Positions 56,716 to 64,000 of a DNA stretch of 64,000 nucleotides are shown here, in pieces (the first letter of the stretch is position 1; every line of letters starts with the position of its first letter). The notes beneath the pieces were generated by a model, which saw only the letters and a program-made list of their open reading frames with translations, had not been told where the DNA came from and searched no databases. The translations under genes and the position numbers were made by a program. The stretch comes from Dehalococcoidia bacterium (GTDB lineage Bacteria; Chloroflexota; Dehalococcoidia; Lucifugimonadales; Australimonadaceae): the NCBI GenBank assembly GCA_965206315.1, contig OZ242210.1, positions 1,474,822-1,538,821 of the forward strand. Reading direction: 5' to 3'.

Positions 56716-58421
56716 GCGTTCACCGCCTGCGGTTGCCCGGCTCCGGCCAGGCGCGCCTTGATCCGCTCGCCGAGTTCCGTGGGACGGAACGGCAAGCCCG
56801 TGTACTGGGTGATGGCCTCTGCCTTGACGCCGAGGGAGCGCAGAACGCTCGCGAACTGTCCCTGGTAGTTGAGCTCGGGGACGAGGACGAGGTCCTTGGA
56901 GCGCAGCTCGTCCAGCAGCGCCGCAGGCAGGGGATTGAGGAACATGGTGTAGTACCACGCGATGTCCACGCCCGCGCCCCGCAGTTGCCGGTAGGCCTCG
57001 AGTGCGGGACCCTTGGAGCCGCCCCACGGCATGACGGCGACCGACGCGGAGGCGTTGTCGCTCTCGTAGGCGCCGTCCTCCAGCAGTTTGAGCTTGCTGA
57101 AGCGGCGCTCGGTCATGTGGATGTGGTACTTGGCGAGGTGGGTGGTGTCACCGTAGATGTCGTGCTCGGAGCCGTTGGCGACGTATGCGCCAGCGCCGCC
57201 GGGGACGGGGAACGGAGATATCTCCGTCGACTCGTATCGAAGATAGCCGTTCTCTCCCTTGTAGACGTCCCTGCCCTCGACCGGCGTGGCGGCGAGGTCA
57301 GGCTTGGGGATGTTCTGCGCGCGCTCGGCGAGGGAGTGCTCGCTGAGAAGGATGACGGGCCCCTGGTAGCGCTCGGCCCAGTTGAAGGCGTGGACGGCTC
57401 CGAAGAAGCACTCTTCCACGCTGCCGACGGCGAGCACGGGGATGGAGGAGTCGCCGTGAGCGGGGCTGAGCGCAGCGTTGAGGTCCGACTGCTCGGTCTT
57501 GGTGGGGAGGCCGGTGGCGGGGCCGCCGCGCTGCACGTCGACGATGACGCACGGGATCTCGGCCATCCAGGCGAGCCCGATGCCCTCGCCCATGAGGGTG
57601 AAGCCGGGGCCGGACGTGGCGGTCATGGACTTCTTGCCAGCGAACCCTGCGCCGACGATGCCGGTGATGGCCTCGATCTCGGAGCTGGCCTGGTAGGCGA
57701 ACTTGCCCTCGCCCACGAGGTTGCGCTCCATGTAGACGAGAACCGGCGTCGCGGGGGAGATGGGGTAGCCGAAGTAGAAGTCGATGCCGGCGTGCAGTGC
57801 GCCGACGGAGAGCGCGTCGTTCCCCTTGATGAAGACCTGCTCGTAGTCAGGCTTCTCGGGTTCGCCGAGGTCGCTGATGGGGTCTTCCTCGGCGAGGTGG
57901 GCGAGGCCGAGGTCGAGCGCCATGTGGTTGGCCTCGACGACCTTGTCGCGGCCCGCGAACCGCTGGGAGACGAACTCCTTGAAGTAGTTGACGTCCATAT
58001 TGATGAGCCGGGAGAGCCCGCCCATGACGACCATGTTGGCGGCACGGGACTCGCCGGTCTGCTTGGCGAGTTCGTCGAAGGGGACGGTCACACAGCGGAG
58101 GTGTTCATCGGAGAGGGGCGTTATGGAGGGGTCGAGGAGGATAATGCCGTCGTCCTGCACCTCGGTGCGGTGCTCGTGGTAGGCCTCGTCGTTGAAGGCG
58201 ACGAGGATGTCTATGGCATCCCCGGGGCTCTCGACCGGGGTACGGGAGACGCGCGCCTGCGTCCAGGTGGGGCCTCCGAGGATCTGCGAGGGGAAGGTAG
58301 CGAAGGTAAGCGCATGGTAGCCGACGCCGGTGGCAGCCCGGGCCAGCATCTCCGCTGCGGTTACGACTCCCTGGCCACCCTCGCCGGCAAAGCGGACGAT
58401 AATCTCACTTCGGCTGGCCAT
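56712..58421 (-). CDS. korA: 2-oxoacid:ferredoxin oxidoreductase subunit alpha (fused gamma-alpha domains)
   Basis: N-terminal gamma-type IVRFAGEGGQGVVTAAEML, then alpha-type GNDALSVGALHAGIDFYFGYPISPAT. aggagg precedes the ATG at 58421. Confidence 0.9.
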   Translation of the reverse strand: MASRSEIIVRFAGEGGQGVVTAAEMLARAATGVGYHALTFATFPSQILGGPTWTQARVSRTPVESPGDAIDILVAFNDEAYHEHRTEVQDDGIILLDPSITPLSDEHLRCVTVPFDELAKQTGESRAANMVVMGGLSRLINMDVNYFKEFVSQRFAGRDKVVEANHMALDLGLAHLAEEDPISDLGEPEKPDYEQVFIKGNDALSVGALHAGIDFYFGYPISPATPVLVYMERNLVGEGKFAYQASSEIEAITGIVGAGFAGKKSMTATSGPGFTLMGEGIGLAWMAEIPCVIVDVQRGGPATGLPTKTEQSDLNAALSPAHGDSSIPVLAVGSVEECFFGAVHAFNWAERYQGPVILLSEHSLAERAQNIPKPDLAATPVEGRDVYKGENGYLRYESTEISPFPVPGGAGAYVANGSEHDIYGDTTHLAKYHIHMTERRFSKLKLLEDGAYESDNASASVAVMPWGGSKGPALEAYRQLRGAGVDIAWYYTMFLNPLPAALLDELRSKDLVLVPELNYQGQFASVLRSLGVKAEAITQYTGLPFRPTELGERIKARLAGAGQPQAVNA

Positions 58422-58492
58422 CGTCTCAGTCCTCCTGGCGCAGTCAGGCACCGTGCGCAGCAAGCGGCCCGGCTGACACACGCCAACTAGGT

Positions 58493-58521
58493 AGGTTACG
58501 GAGCGCAGGGTAGGGTGTCAA
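58493..58521 (-). promoter_or_regulatory. candidate korAB promoter (TTGACA-17-TAACCT on the minus strand)
   Basis: tgtcaa at 58516-58521 and aggtta at 58493-58498. Confidence 0.35.
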
Positions 58522-58724
58522 TCGGCGCGATGCGGTGAAGGCGTCCATGCAGTACAAAGGTTCCCGCGCTCCGGAATCAACAGAGTGAACGATTCAGTCA
58601 TCCACGAGGGTTCAGCGAGGCGGAATCCTCTATCCCAACGAGTGGGCATGATTCGCGTCTTCCAGGCCAGATGAGACCGGGGCCGGGCGCCGAGTCCACC
58701 TGGGAGCGGTCAGGAACGAGCGCG

Positions 58725-58754
58725 TTGACACCGGAGAGAGGGCGGCGGTATGCT
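58725..58754 (+). promoter_or_regulatory. candidate citrate synthase promoter (TTGACA-18-TATGCT)
   Basis: TTGACA at 58725-58730 and TATGCT at 58749-58754. This leaves a leader of about 150 nt containing two hairpins. Confidence 0.4.
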
Positions 58755-58913
58755 CGCCGACGGCGCGAGAGTCCGGCGGGAGCCGGCTTCTCGAAGCGAA
58801 CCCAGGCATCCGGCGCGGAGGTTACATCCGCTCCGCGTCCGTGCAGCCCCGCTCCGCATCCCCCGATGGAGAAGGGGCTGATTTATGCCTGAGGTTCGAG
58901 GGAGGGAGGCTGC

Positions 58914-60053
58914 ATGGCCCAGAAGGAGATCGAGCTCAAGCGCGGGCTCAGGGACGTCTACTTCGAGTCCACTGAGTCCAGCCTGGTCATCGGCGACGTG
59001 GGACGCCTCATCTACCGGGGCTACGAGATCCACGACCTGGCCGAGCACGCGAGCTTCGAGGAGGTCATGCACCTCATGCTCGTGAAGCACCTCCCGACGC
59101 GCGCCGAGTTAGACGAGTTCGATTCGACCCTTCGCAGCAACCGGGCGGTGCCCCAGGAGGTCCTGGAGATCATCGAGCGGGTGAAGGATGCTCACCCGAT
59201 GGACGTGCTCCGCACCGGCATCTCCGCCCTCGCGGCGTTCGACCCGGAAGTCGACGACATCTCCCACGAGGCGACGCTGCGGAAAGGCCTCAGGATCACC
59301 GCCCAGACCCCCACCATCATCGCCGCTCACCACCGCATCCGCAGCGACCAGGCCCCGATCTCTCCCGACTCCTCCCTCTCCCACGCAGCGAACTTCCTCT
59401 ACATGCTCCTCGGCGAGCGTCCCGACGAAGAGACCGCCCGCCTGATGGACAAGGACCTCATCGTCCACCTGGACCACGGCTCCAACGCCTCCTCCTTCGC
59501 AGCCCGCGTTACGGCGAGCACCCTCGCCGACGTTCACGGCGCGATCGTGACCGGTCTCGGCACGCTCAAGGGTCCCCTGCACGGCGGGGCCGCCGAGGGC
59601 GTGATGAAGATGGCGCTGGAGATCGGCGAGGTCGACAACGTCGAGGAGTATCTCAAGGGCAAGCACGAGCGGCGCGAGCGCATCATGGGCTTCGGGCACG
59701 CCGTCTACCGCGCGGAAGACCCGCGGGCACGGCATCTTCGCGAGGGCTCCCGCCGTTTGGCGGAGAAGATGGGGGACCCGAAGTGGTTCCAGATCCTCAG
59801 CCGGGTGGAAGAGCACATGCGCCCGTACGCGGAGCGCGGGATATGCGTGAACGTGGACTTCTGGGCGGGCTCCGTGTACTACCTGCTGGGCATACCGGAA
59901 GACCTGTTCATCTCCATCTTCGCCGTTGCACGGGTGCCGGGTTACGTCGCACAGGTGCTGGAACAGCAGGACAAGAACATGCTCATCAGGCCGCAGATGA
60001 GATATGACGGACCGATAGACGTCGAGTTCGTTCCCATAGACCAACGAGGATAG
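58914..60053 (+). CDS. citrate synthase (or 2-methylcitrate synthase), small type
   Basis: LRDVYFESTESSLVIGDVGRLIYRGYEIHDL, HLDHGSNASSF and GFGHAVYRAEDPR. Confidence 0.92.
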   Translation: MAQKEIELKRGLRDVYFESTESSLVIGDVGRLIYRGYEIHDLAEHASFEEVMHLMLVKHLPTRAELDEFDSTLRSNRAVPQEVLEIIERVKDAHPMDVLRTGISALAAFDPEVDDISHEATLRKGLRITAQTPTIIAAHHRIRSDQAPISPDSSLSHAANFLYMLLGERPDEETARLMDKDLIVHLDHGSNASSFAARVTASTLADVHGAIVTGLGTLKGPLHGGAAEGVMKMALEIGEVDNVEEYLKGKHERRERIMGFGHAVYRAEDPRARHLREGSRRLAEKMGDPKWFQILSRVEEHMRPYAERGICVNVDFWAGSVYYLLGIPEDLFISIFAVARVPGYVAQVLEQQDKNMLIRPQMRYDGPIDVEFVPIDQRG

Positions 60054-60084
60054 ACTCTGCCAGGAGAGGGAGGCACGGAGCGTT

Positions 60085-60279
60085 ATGACCCAGCAGCAGG
60101 GGATCGAGGTTGCCGAGGCGGAGCCCGGCTGTGCGCATCATTGGGCTATAGAGAGCCCGAACGGGCCCACCAGTTACGGCACCTGCAAGCGGTGTGGGGA
60201 GACCCGCGAGTTCAGGAACTCCATAAAGATCACCAGTTGGGAATCGGAAGGCAGCCACGTCAACCGCAACCCGCGCTAG
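60085..60279 (+). CDS. small Cys/His zinc-ribbon-like protein (64 aa)
   Basis: CAHHWAIESPNGPTSYGTCKRCGETREF. SD ggagggagg is nearby. Hypothetical. Confidence 0.45.
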   Translation: MTQQQGIEVAEAEPGCAHHWAIESPNGPTSYGTCKRCGETREFRNSIKITSWESEGSHVNRNPR

Positions 60280-60312
60280 CCATCGAACGGCATAGCACTC
60301 CTGTCACGGCGC

Positions 60313-61485
60313 ATGACAGGCTTGTTCGCTCCCACCGGCGCTGACGCCGAAGCCCGCAGACGCATCGCGTTGCGCGGTCCCATCACGTTCGCCGAGTTCA
60401 TGGAGATCGCGCTCTACTGGCCGGACGGCGGCTACTACGCGTCGCGCCGCTCCTTCGGCCCCCTCGGCGACTTCTACACCGCACCGCTTGCACATCCCGC
60501 TTTCGGAGCGCTCGTCGCGCGCCAACTGCTCACGATGTGGCGTGCGCTGGGCAGCCCGGCGCCCTTCAACGTCATCGAGGCAGGCGCGGGCGACGGCACA
60601 CTGGCGATGGACGTCGTCGCGCACGCATCGGCGCTCGAGAGCGGTTTCCCGAACGCGCTGACGTACACGGCGGTCGACCTGCGCGAACCGCCCCCGGACT
60701 TCCCGTCCCGCTGGATACGCTCCGGGGGCGTCCCGATGGTGGGCGGCAGCGGGGTCGTGCTTGCGAACGAGCTGCTCGACGCCATGCCGCTGCACCGCGT
60801 TACGCAGGAGGGCGGACAGCTGCGCGAGCTGTTCGTGGACGCCGCGCCGGAGGGCGGCTTCATCGAGGCGACGGGCGAACCGTCAACCCCCGCGCTGGTC
60901 GAGCGCCTCGACAGGCTGGACGTCACGCTCTCTGAAGGTTTCCGAACGGAGGTGAGCCTGGCGTCGGAGGCGTGGCTTACAGAGGCGTTCGCCGCCATCG
61001 AACGCGGCTACCTTCTGTTGATCGACTACGGGCACGAGGCGTCGGCCTACTACGACGAGTCCCGGCGTGCGGGGACGCTGCGCTGCTACTCCGGCCATAC
61101 GCTGGGGATGAACCCGTACTTCGGCGTGGGGAGGCAGGATATCAGCGCGCACGTGGAGTTCACGTCCGTGCGGTCTGCGGCGATCGCAGCGGGATTCATG
61201 GAAGCGGGGGAGATGTCGCAAGCCGAATGGTTGCGGTTGCTGGGCATCGATGGCTATCGAGTGGAGATAGCGGAGCGGAGCGTACTGGGCCGCATCGAAC
61301 GTACGGCGAACCTGCATGGTATGGACGTCCTGGTGGACGGCGAGGGGATGGGCGGGTTCAGGGTGCTGGCGTTCGCCAGGGATGCGCCAACGGACGGAGT
61401 GCTGGGGGTGAGTCCACCGGAGTCTGTGCCCGCGCCGCTCGCCGGAGCGCGGCACATGCCGTTCGGGGTTACCCCACTCTGGTGA
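60313..61485 (+). CDS. class I SAM-dependent methyltransferase (DUF185/MidA-like)
   Basis: ITFAEFMEIALYWPDGGYY and NVIEAGAGDGTLAMDV. Confidence 0.82.
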   Translation: MTGLFAPTGADAEARRRIALRGPITFAEFMEIALYWPDGGYYASRRSFGPLGDFYTAPLAHPAFGALVARQLLTMWRALGSPAPFNVIEAGAGDGTLAMDVVAHASALESGFPNALTYTAVDLREPPPDFPSRWIRSGGVPMVGGSGVVLANELLDAMPLHRVTQEGGQLRELFVDAAPEGGFIEATGEPSTPALVERLDRLDVTLSEGFRTEVSLASEAWLTEAFAAIERGYLLLIDYGHEASAYYDESRRAGTLRCYSGHTLGMNPYFGVGRQDISAHVEFTSVRSAAIAAGFMEAGEMSQAEWLRLLGIDGYRVEIAERSVLGRIERTANLHGMDVLVDGEGMGGFRVLAFARDAPTDGVLGVSPPESVPAPLAGARHMPFGVTPLW

Positions 61486-61499
61486 CGAGCCTCCGCACC

Positions 61500-61612
61500 C
61501 ATACTCCCGGAGGGCCCTCACCCTAACCCTCTCCCTCAGGAGAGGGGATCAAACAGCCCGAGAGATGCTTCGACTCCGCTGCGCTCCGCTCAACATGACA
61601 AGGTCCACTGCG
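61500..61612. repeat. REP-like units (ccctctccctcaggagagggg; reverse 'gtcatgctgagcgcag' family)
   Basis: Same families as at 811-853 and 49190-49215. Confidence 0.7.
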
Positions 61613-61613
61613 C

Positions 61614-62447
61614 TCAGCATGACACGGGACGCGGAGGCGGCTCGCAGCGGCGGGCGGTGGCGATGAAGCCGGTGTGGCCGACCATGCGGTGGTCGGGGCG
61701 GGCGCTGGTCTCGGAGAAGTGCCACGGGCGCTCCAGCAGTTCGAACGCCTCCGCCATATGCCAGCGGTCGTCGCGGGTCAGGCGCATCATCAGTTCGTGC
61801 ACCTGCAGGACGGTCGGCAGGTAGGCGGCAAAGACCCCGCCCGTTCTCAGAACTCCGGCTGCGGCGTCGAGCAACCGCGATGGCTCCGGCACGTCCGCGA
61901 CGATGATGTCGGCCTCGTCGCTGCCGAGCCCGTCGGCGTAGGCGTCGCCGAGGACGATACGGTGGTTCGCGGCTCCGGGCGCGAGGTGCGCGACGTTCCG
62001 CTGCGCCGTTTCGACGACCTCCTCGCGGACCTCGTGCGAGACGAGCGAGCCGTCCGGCCCGACGGCGCGGAGGAGGGCCGCTGAAGCGGCGCCCGAGCCG
62101 AGCCCGACCTCGATGACGCGCGCGCCGGGGTACACGTCGGCGTGCATCAGGAGGGCGGCGAGGTCCTTGGGGTAGATCACCTGGCTCTGTCGCGGCAACT
62201 CCTTCACGGCGTCGGCGAACGGCGGACGGAGGATGAAGAGGCGGTGGCCTTTGTTGGTGACGAGGAAGAAACCCTCGTGCCGCCCGATGATCTCGTCGTG
62301 GGTGACGTAGCCGAGGTGCGTCTCGACGAGTGCGCCGCTCCTGAGTTCGACGCGGTATCGCCGCTTGCGCTGGTCGTAGACCAGGGCAACGTCGCCCTCG
62401 ACGAATGGGGCTCGTTTGAGGTCTGCTTCGCTGGGGGTAGCACTCAT
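61614..62447 (-). CDS. trmI: tRNA (adenine-N1)-methyltransferase TrmI (GCD14 family)
   Basis: QVIYPKDLAALLMHADVYPGARVIEVGLGSGAASAALL. Confidence 0.88.
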   Translation of the reverse strand: MSATPSEADLKRAPFVEGDVALVYDQRKRRYRVELRSGALVETHLGYVTHDEIIGRHEGFFLVTNKGHRLFILRPPFADAVKELPRQSQVIYPKDLAALLMHADVYPGARVIEVGLGSGAASAALLRAVGPDGSLVSHEVREEVVETAQRNVAHLAPGAANHRIVLGDAYADGLGSDEADIIVADVPEPSRLLDAAAGVLRTGGVFAAYLPTVLQVHELMMRLTRDDRWHMAEAFELLERPWHFSETSARPDHRMVGHTGFIATARRCEPPPRPVSC

Positions 62448-62469
62448 GAGTATCGCTGTTCGGAAACGA

Positions 62470-62497
62470 GGAGGGGCTGCGCCGCCGCAGCCCCTCC
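62470..62497 (-). terminator. 12-bp-stem hairpin after the peroxiredoxin gene (ggaggggctgcg-N4-cgcagcccctcc), followed by tcgtttcc on the minus strand
   Basis: Perfect inverted repeat 24 nt after the stop codon. Confidence 0.55.
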
Positions 62498-62520
62498 CGC
62501 ACGCTTCGTTGCCGCCGCGT

Positions 62521-62982
62521 CTATCCCTGGAGCTTGCTCAGCTCTTCGAGGATGGCGTTGGGGTCCGGCAGGACGCCCTGGTAGGCCTGGTGGTACCGGA
62601 CGGCGCCCTGCGGGTCGATGATGGTGACGGACCTGGTGCACATGCCGGAGTCCTCGTTGAAGATGCCGTAGGCCCGGGCGACCTCGCCGTGGGGCCAGAA
62701 GTCCGACAGGAGCGAGTGGGCGATCCCGCCCAGATTGGTGCCCCACGACCTGAGGGCGGGGCGGGCGTCGGCACCGAGGCCGAGGACGTGTGCGCCCTTC
62801 TCTTCGAACGACTTCAACGCACGGTTGAAGGTAGCGGTCTGAGTCGTTCAGCCGCCGGTGAACGCGGCGGGGAAGGAGTGGATGACGACCCACTTCTCAC
62901 CCTTGAAGCCGGCGAGGGAGACGTCCTCTCCGTTCTGGTCCTTGAGGGTGAAGTCCGGGGCTTGCTGGCCTACGTCCACCAT
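62521..62982 (-). CDS. AhpE-like peroxiredoxin with an in-frame TGA at the peroxidatic position (candidate selenoprotein, 153 aa)
   Basis: The ATG at 62982 is preceded by aggagg. Translation: MVDVGQQAPDFTLKDQNGEDVSLAGFKGEKWVVIHSFPAAFTGG-TGA-TTQTATFNRALKSFEEKG...LLSDFWPHGEVARAYGIF. The TGA (62848-62850) replaces the catalytic Cys. The ORF track reports only the 3' part (62521-62817). Confidence 0.7.
62805..62850 (-). ncRNA. SECIS-like hairpin immediately 3' of the in-frame UGA (cis element within the mRNA)
   Basis: Lower stem GAACGA/UCGUUC (62805-62810 with 62844-62849), a 13-nt 5' bulge, an upper 7-bp stem CUUCAAC/GUUGAAG (62812-62830) and a loop CGUGC containing GU. Confidence 0.5.
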
Positions 62983-63040
62983 GGTTGAGGCCTCCTGAGA
63001 GGGGGTGTGGCGGGTAGGATACCAGAAAGCGTGGGAGTGC

Positions 63041-64000
63041 TCAGGGCTGGATGAGCCCCTCCTGGGGCTGTGTCCAGGCTACCTTGGGCAGCATGGCGTG
63101 TTGCCTGGCACGTGCGAAGGATACGTCGTGGACGGGCACGTCGATGATCACCGGCGCCTGGCGTTCCAGTGCGAGCGGGAGCAGCCGTTCCAGGTCCAGA
63201 GGGTCGTCCGCCCGCATGCCTACCGCGCCGAAAGACTCGGCGAACCTGATGAAGTCCGGGTTGTGCAGGTCAGTTTCATAGGTGCCGGAGAAGAAATCAT
63301 CCAGATCGCGTGCGACGTTGCCGTAAGCGTCGTCCCTGAAGACGATGGTGACCACGTTGATGCCGTACTTGACCGCGGTTGAGAGCTCGGCGGCGTTGAA
63401 CATGAAACCACCGTCTCCGTTGATGCAGACGACGGCGCGGTCCGGCCGGGCGACCTTCACGCCCAGCGCCGTGGGGAACGCACCGCCAAGGTTGTAGGAG
63501 TAACCGGAGTCGACGTATGTCTTCGGGTGGTTCACCTTGTAGTGCGTGCGGGAGTAGTAGCCGAGCTGGGTAATGTCCCAGACGGTGAAGGCGTCGTCGG
63601 GGGCACCGTGCTGGATCGCTTCGATGATGGGGAACTGCGGCTCGTGGAGGTGGATGTCGTAGTAGGCGATGAGGCGTCGCGCAGCGGCGACCGCCGGTTC
63701 GGGCGATGGACGGTTCCCTGCGCCAGCCTCGGCGAGGTGGGGAAGGAGCGCTTCGATGGTCGCCCTGGCGTCACCGTGAAGGGGTATGGTGTTTGCCTGG
63801 ACCCGGGTGAGTTCGGAGTCGTCTACGTTGATGTTGATCAGGGTTGACGCTTCGCCCGCGGGGTTGCCCATCGAGAAGCGCGTTCCGACGCCTATCACGA
63901 CATCGGCCGACTGCATTACGTCGACGAGTTCGTTCATCTCCTGCACGTCCGCACGGGGGCTGAGGCAGGAGCCGTAGCACAGGGGGTGGCGGTCCGGGAT
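63041..64000 (-). CDS. thiamine-pyrophosphate-dependent enzyme (acetolactate-synthase-like), C-terminal part; 5' end outside the window
   Basis: GYSYNLGGAFPTALGVKVARPDRAVVCINGDGGFMFN TPP-binding motif. The frame is open up to position 64000. Confidence 0.85.
   Translation of the reverse strand: MPDRHPLCYGSCLSPRADVQEMNELVDVMQSADVVIGVGTRFSMGNPAGEASTLININVDDSELTRVQANTIPLHGDARATIEALLPHLAEAGAGNRPSPEPAVAAARRLIAYYDIHLHEPQFPIIEAIQHGAPDDAFTVWDITQLGYYSRTHYKVNHPKTYVDSGYSYNLGGAFPTALGVKVARPDRAVVCINGDGGFMFNAAELSTAVKYGINVVTIVFRDDAYGNVARDLDDFFSGTYETDLHNPDFIRFAESFGAVGMRADDPLDLERLLPLALERQAPVIIDVPVHDVSFARARQHAMLPKVAWTQPQEGLIQP

Noticed and set aside
62848-62850. Reading the TGA in the peroxiredoxin as a simple nonsense mutation or pseudogene, or as two separate ORFs.
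   Set aside because: This reading is not fully excluded, but it is disfavoured. The stop sits exactly at the catalytic Cys codon, both halves remain in one frame with intact motifs and an SD, and a SECIS-like hairpin follows. The Sec reading is kept as a finding with explicit refutation criteria.

Overview
High-GC (about two-thirds G+C by eye) bacterial chromosomal segment. Gene content is compatible with a monoderm Chloroflexota-like organism, but this is inference only. No rRNA, tRNA or CRISPR genes were seen.

Housekeeping backbone:
- panC (5' truncated), rho and pyrG.
- A complete F-type ATP synthase operon (atpZ-B-E-F-H-A-G-D-C) with a convergent rex.
- A DUF503 gene followed by an MrfA-like helicase, plus assorted metabolic genes.
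- An hspR-grpE-dnaK operon.
- A System I cytochrome c maturation set (ccmABCD ... ccmE).
- korAB, citrate synthase and trmI.
- A 5'-truncated TPP enzyme at the right edge.

Features that stand out:
1. Four paralogous genes for roughly 1,000-1,200-aa acidic secreted proteins. Three are in tandem and share a nearly nucleotide-identical promoter, ~210-nt leader and signal-peptide cassette, while the protein bodies have diverged. This is a candidate S-layer-type or variable surface system.
2. Very dense mosaic arrays of hairpin REP-like repeats. About 4.3 kb between surface-gene copies 1 and 2 is mostly repeats. The repeats enclose a lone terminase-large-subunit-like gene, which is itself split in frame by a 0.55-kb repeat array, and a DUF559 endonuclease gene.
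3. An AhpE-like peroxiredoxin whose catalytic Cys codon is an in-frame TGA followed by a SECIS-like hairpin, making it a candidate selenoprotein.
4. A CXXXY-type CcmE translationally coupled to a DUF309 gene. It is separated from ccmABCD by about 4.6 kb containing tandem bicupin duplicates and a low-GC island with a DUF2971 gene.
5. Rex-operator-like palindromes upstream of ccmE, the atp operon and rex.
6. A 39-bp palindrome forming two interlocked divergent promoters at hspR.

All coordinates and motifs were read by eye from the sequence. No database searches were run.
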